A program made the translations under genes and the position numbers. Shown piece by piece: positions 59,776-64,000 of a stretch of DNA of 64,000 nucleotides. The stretch spans positions 979 to 64,978 of the forward strand of contig CACZRN010000013.1 in the NCBI GenBank assembly GCA_902783625.1, read 5' to 3'. The stretch comes from an uncultured Prevotellaceae bacterium (GTDB lineage: Bacteria; Bacteroidota; Bacteroidia; Bacteroidales; Bacteroidaceae). Positions within the stretch are counted from its first letter, which is position 1; every line of letters starts with the position of its first letter. The notes under the pieces are model-generated. The model did not search any database. It was not told the origin of the DNA and saw nothing but the letters and a program-made list of their open reading frames with translations.

Positions 59776-61217
59776 CTCACCCAACCTTCATATTCGTAGG
59801 TTCCTTTTTTATACTTGTCCTTCATGTAGATGTAGGTCTTCTTTATCTTATTTGTGACCCACTCATGCAGCACTTTCTCACGTTCTTTGTCTAAGACCAC
59901 ATTTTTCATCACCTGATAGTCTTCGGTGATTGTTGCCCGGTGTCCTTCGGTTCTGCTCACGAGCTTGATTATCGCGCACACTTTGCGGTTTTTATTGTTC
60001 ACCATCTCAAATGCATTCGATATCTCGCCCACTTTGAGTTTCTCCACTTCGCGTGCCACACCCTCAGGCAGTTCTGCCATCTTGAACCTCGACGTTATCG
60101 ACATATTCTGAGCATTGTTGTTCGACATGAGTCCGTGATTGTTTCTCGTGTCTTTGTCGCTAGAGATATATGTAGCAGCATCTTCGAAATTCAGTTTCAC
60201 TCCCAGCAACTCGAAGGTTCCGTTTCGTAGTTCATTAGCGATAGAATCGAGTCTGTTCTTCGATTTCTCCATTGCCTCTGCTGATACCTTCGGTGTCTTC
60301 AGGATATGGCGCACCTTTACACGGTCGCCACGTTTATCGATGAGCTGAATGATATGATATCCGAACTCCGACTCCACAATCTTTGAAATCTTCTTTGGAT
60401 CGGTCAGGTTGAAAGCCACATTGGCAAAAGCCGGATCAAGCTGCCCACGGCCCATGTAATCAAGTTCGCCACCGGCACGTCCCGAGACAAGGTCGTCGGA
60501 ATAGAGACGGGCAAATGTAGCAAACGAAGTCTCACCACTCGTTACACGATCGGTATAGCTACGCAACTCGTCTTTCACTCGGTTAATTTCCTCGAGTGGG
60601 ATATTCGGTTGCATCGTTATAATCTCCACCTCCACTTCAGTGGGTACAAACGGAATGCTATCCTCAGGCATATCCTTGAAATACTTCCTCACGTCAGCCG
60701 GGGTGACAGCCACGTCTTTCACTATCTCACGTCTCATCTCCTGTGCCAGTGCAACATTCTTAAACTCGTCATGCAACGACTGGCGCATCTGTGAGATGGT
60801 CTGTCCCTTCCATTCCTCGAGCTTCTCCCGCGAACCGGCGATATTCACCCATGCCTCTATCTGCTGGTCGATCTGCGACATCACCTCCGACTCCGACACT
60901 TCCACCGAGTCGATTGCAGCCTGATGCACAAACAGCTTCTGCAGAGCGATATTCTCGGGGATGAGATAGTCGGGGTTGCCGGGCCATGTGACATTCTCCA
61001 TCTCGCTCTGTGCCCTGAGCCTCTCAACGTCAGACTTGAATATCGCTTCGTTTCCTACCACCCAAATCACTTCGTCGACAATACTCTGCTCTGGTGCTTC
61101 AAACTCCTTGCGCACCTTTGTAGAGTCGCTGTCGTCGTGCACTCCGGCTATAGCACAGAGGCTAAAGCCGATGGCAAGAAACGTAACTGCAAATATTCTG
61201 TTCAAAAAATTTCCCAT
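59772..61217 (-). CDS. surA: SurA-like parvulin peptidyl-prolyl isomerase
   Basis: VDEVIWVVG.EAI.KSD, A.LYSDD, GGEL, VESEFGYHII. Confidence 0.8.
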   Translation of the reverse strand: MGNFLNRIFAVTFLAIGFSLCAIAGVHDDSDSTKVRKEFEAPEQSIVDEVIWVVGNEAIFKSDVERLRAQSEMENVTWPGNPDYLIPENIALQKLFVHQAAIDSVEVSESEVMSQIDQQIEAWVNIAGSREKLEEWKGQTISQMRQSLHDEFKNVALAQEMRREIVKDVAVTPADVRKYFKDMPEDSIPFVPTEVEVEIITMQPNIPLEEINRVKDELRSYTDRVTSGETSFATFARLYSDDLVSGRAGGELDYMGRGQLDPAFANVAFNLTDPKKISKIVESEFGYHIIQLIDKRGDRVKVRHILKTPKVSAEAMEKSKNRLDSIANELRNGTFELLGVKLNFEDAATYISSDKDTRNNHGLMSNNNAQNMSITSRFKMAELPEGVAREVEKLKVGEISNAFEMVNNKNRKVCAIIKLVSRTEGHRATITEDYQVMKNVVLDKEREKVLHEWVTNKIKKTYIYMKDKYKKGTYEYEGWVR

Positions 61218-61263
61218 CAAATTATCTTAATGATTATTCTTTCTGATATCAAAAAACATGCCA

Positions 61264-62682
61264 TCAGTGTTTATTCACTGTCTTCAAGACATCTTTATCG
61301 ACAACCACCTTGTACTTCTTTCTAAGGTTAGCCACCCACTGCTTCTCTGCCATTTCATTATAGTCGGCAGTCACTTGTCCTTTCACGTCGAGATAGTTCT
61401 CAGGTGCCTTCAACACTTTTCCGAATGTATCCATGTTCGGATATCCGTTGCGCTCTTTCACCAGTGTGTCTTTCTTGAACACATTGCGGTCAACGAGAGC
61501 GTTGTCTCCTTTCTTGAAGAATCCTTTCTCAACACGAATACGCAGCACGCTGTCGTTGTTGAATGTGGTGCGCAGTATCTCTGCCCAGTCCTCAAACTTC
61601 GCTTTCTTCACTGCATTCTTCACAGCCTGTATGTCGGCAGCTTCGCGTGTATAGTAAGCAATTCCCTTGAATCGTGGCTCGTCCCAACGATATTTCTTCT
61701 TGTTCTTCTTGAAGAACGACTCCAGTGCTGCCTCGTTCTGTGCTGTCTTGCTCCACACCTCACGGTTGCTGATCTCAAAGAGCAGCAATCCATCGTGATA
61801 CTCCTTTATCAGGTAGTGCAAATCGAGGTCGTTGTTTTCCATCTCCTCGCGCTTTTCGGCTATAATGGCATCAGGGGTAGTGTTGTTCAGTTTTGAAAGC
61901 GAATCGAGCTTTTCGTTTATCAACTTCTCGCGCAGTCCGCGACGATCGATGAATCGAAGAATGTCGGTGCGCACCGTCTCGTATGGGAAGAAGTTGCCAC
62001 GCTCGTGTTGCAGAACAATATGATATCCAGCCTGTGAGAGGAACGGCTTGCTCATCTCACCTGGCTGCAGAGCGAATGCCACATCCTCAAACTCCTTGAA
62101 TGTCATGCCTTTCTGCACCCACGACAACTCTCCTCCTTTGCGGGCCGAGCCTGGATCTTGCGACAGACGGCGTGCCATATCGGCAAAGTCGGCACCTTTC
62201 TGAAGCTCGTTGTAGATAGAGTCGATGCGTGCCTTTACCTCTGCTTTCTTTGCCTCATCGTCGGACTGACGCACCAACAACAGGATATGCGACAGTTTCA
62301 CCATTCCACCTGAAGCATCGACGCGCTCTTTCGTCTCGTTGTAAATGCTTTTTGCGAGTTTCTCCACATCATCATCGTTAATGATCGCGGGCTTTATCTG
62401 CTGGTCGCGATAGCCGGCAAACTCTGTCTTGAACGAACTCATCGTATCGAGCTTGGCATCGAGGGCTGCCTGTACCTTCAGCTTATAGTTGATGAACAAA
62501 TCGACATACTCGTCAACCGATTTCTTATCGATAACGCCCTCGGCGTTGTTCTTGTTATATGAATATTCGAACTCCGACCTTGGAACGGGCTGGCCGTTAA
62601 TAGTCATCACTGTAGGATCATTCTGTGCGAAAGCCGAGCAGACAACGCTCAGCATTAGTGCTAAAATCACATTCTTTTTCAT
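61264..62682 (-). CDS. Parvulin-type peptidyl-prolyl isomerase
   Basis: SHIL, F..MA...SQDPGSA..GGEL, FEDVAF, GYHIV. Confidence 0.85.
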   Translation of the reverse strand: MKKNVILALMLSVVCSAFAQNDPTVMTINGQPVPRSEFEYSYNKNNAEGVIDKKSVDEYVDLFINYKLKVQAALDAKLDTMSSFKTEFAGYRDQQIKPAIINDDDVEKLAKSIYNETKERVDASGGMVKLSHILLLVRQSDDEAKKAEVKARIDSIYNELQKGADFADMARRLSQDPGSARKGGELSWVQKGMTFKEFEDVAFALQPGEMSKPFLSQAGYHIVLQHERGNFFPYETVRTDILRFIDRRGLREKLINEKLDSLSKLNNTTPDAIIAEKREEMENNDLDLHYLIKEYHDGLLLFEISNREVWSKTAQNEAALESFFKKNKKKYRWDEPRFKGIAYYTREAADIQAVKNAVKKAKFEDWAEILRTTFNNDSVLRIRVEKGFFKKGDNALVDRNVFKKDTLVKERNGYPNMDTFGKVLKAPENYLDVKGQVTADYNEMAEKQWVANLRKKYKVVVDKDVLKTVNKH

Positions 62683-62721
62683 ATCTCTCGTAAAATGCTC
62701 TGTTTTCGTTATTTATTGTTT

Positions 62722-64000
<1,279 letters not shown>

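Overview
64 kb of a Bacteroidales (Prevotella-like) chromosome, judged from TAnnTTTG/TTTG promoters, T9SS C-terminal-domain proteins, a single-chain GlyRS and the guaB-PPIase-surA-ostA-mutL cluster. Most of it is housekeeping (nhaD, recA, glyQS, parC, asd, asnS, rluB, purB, trpS, ompA, mutL, guaB, three tRNAs) with carbohydrate genes (GH109, rhaD-rhaB-rhaA, a Ser-type sulfatase). Four things stand out. (1) A co-oriented envelope-spanning cluster at 31229-37382: VTC/polyphosphate-polymerase domain protein, DUF4956 membrane protein, DUF2490-like outer-membrane barrel and Cthe_2159/DUF4353-like beta-helix proteins, a candidate bacterial polyphosphate synthesis-export-display system. (2) A two-gene module present twice: a small T9SS-CTD protein translationally coupled to a beta-helix protein that lacks a CTD but shares its N-terminal domain. 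(3) A dispersed intergenic element of precisely phased dyads: AATTTTGCTAGCAAAATT caps around 22-bp-periodic TAAAGAGNCTCTTTA units, with four capped and two uncapped copies. (4) A second dispersed repeat that supplies the promoter of tRNA-Leu, parC, the rha operon and tRNA-Val. No transposase, integrase, phage gene or CRISPR array was seen. Family assignments come from motif recognition only; no database search was run.
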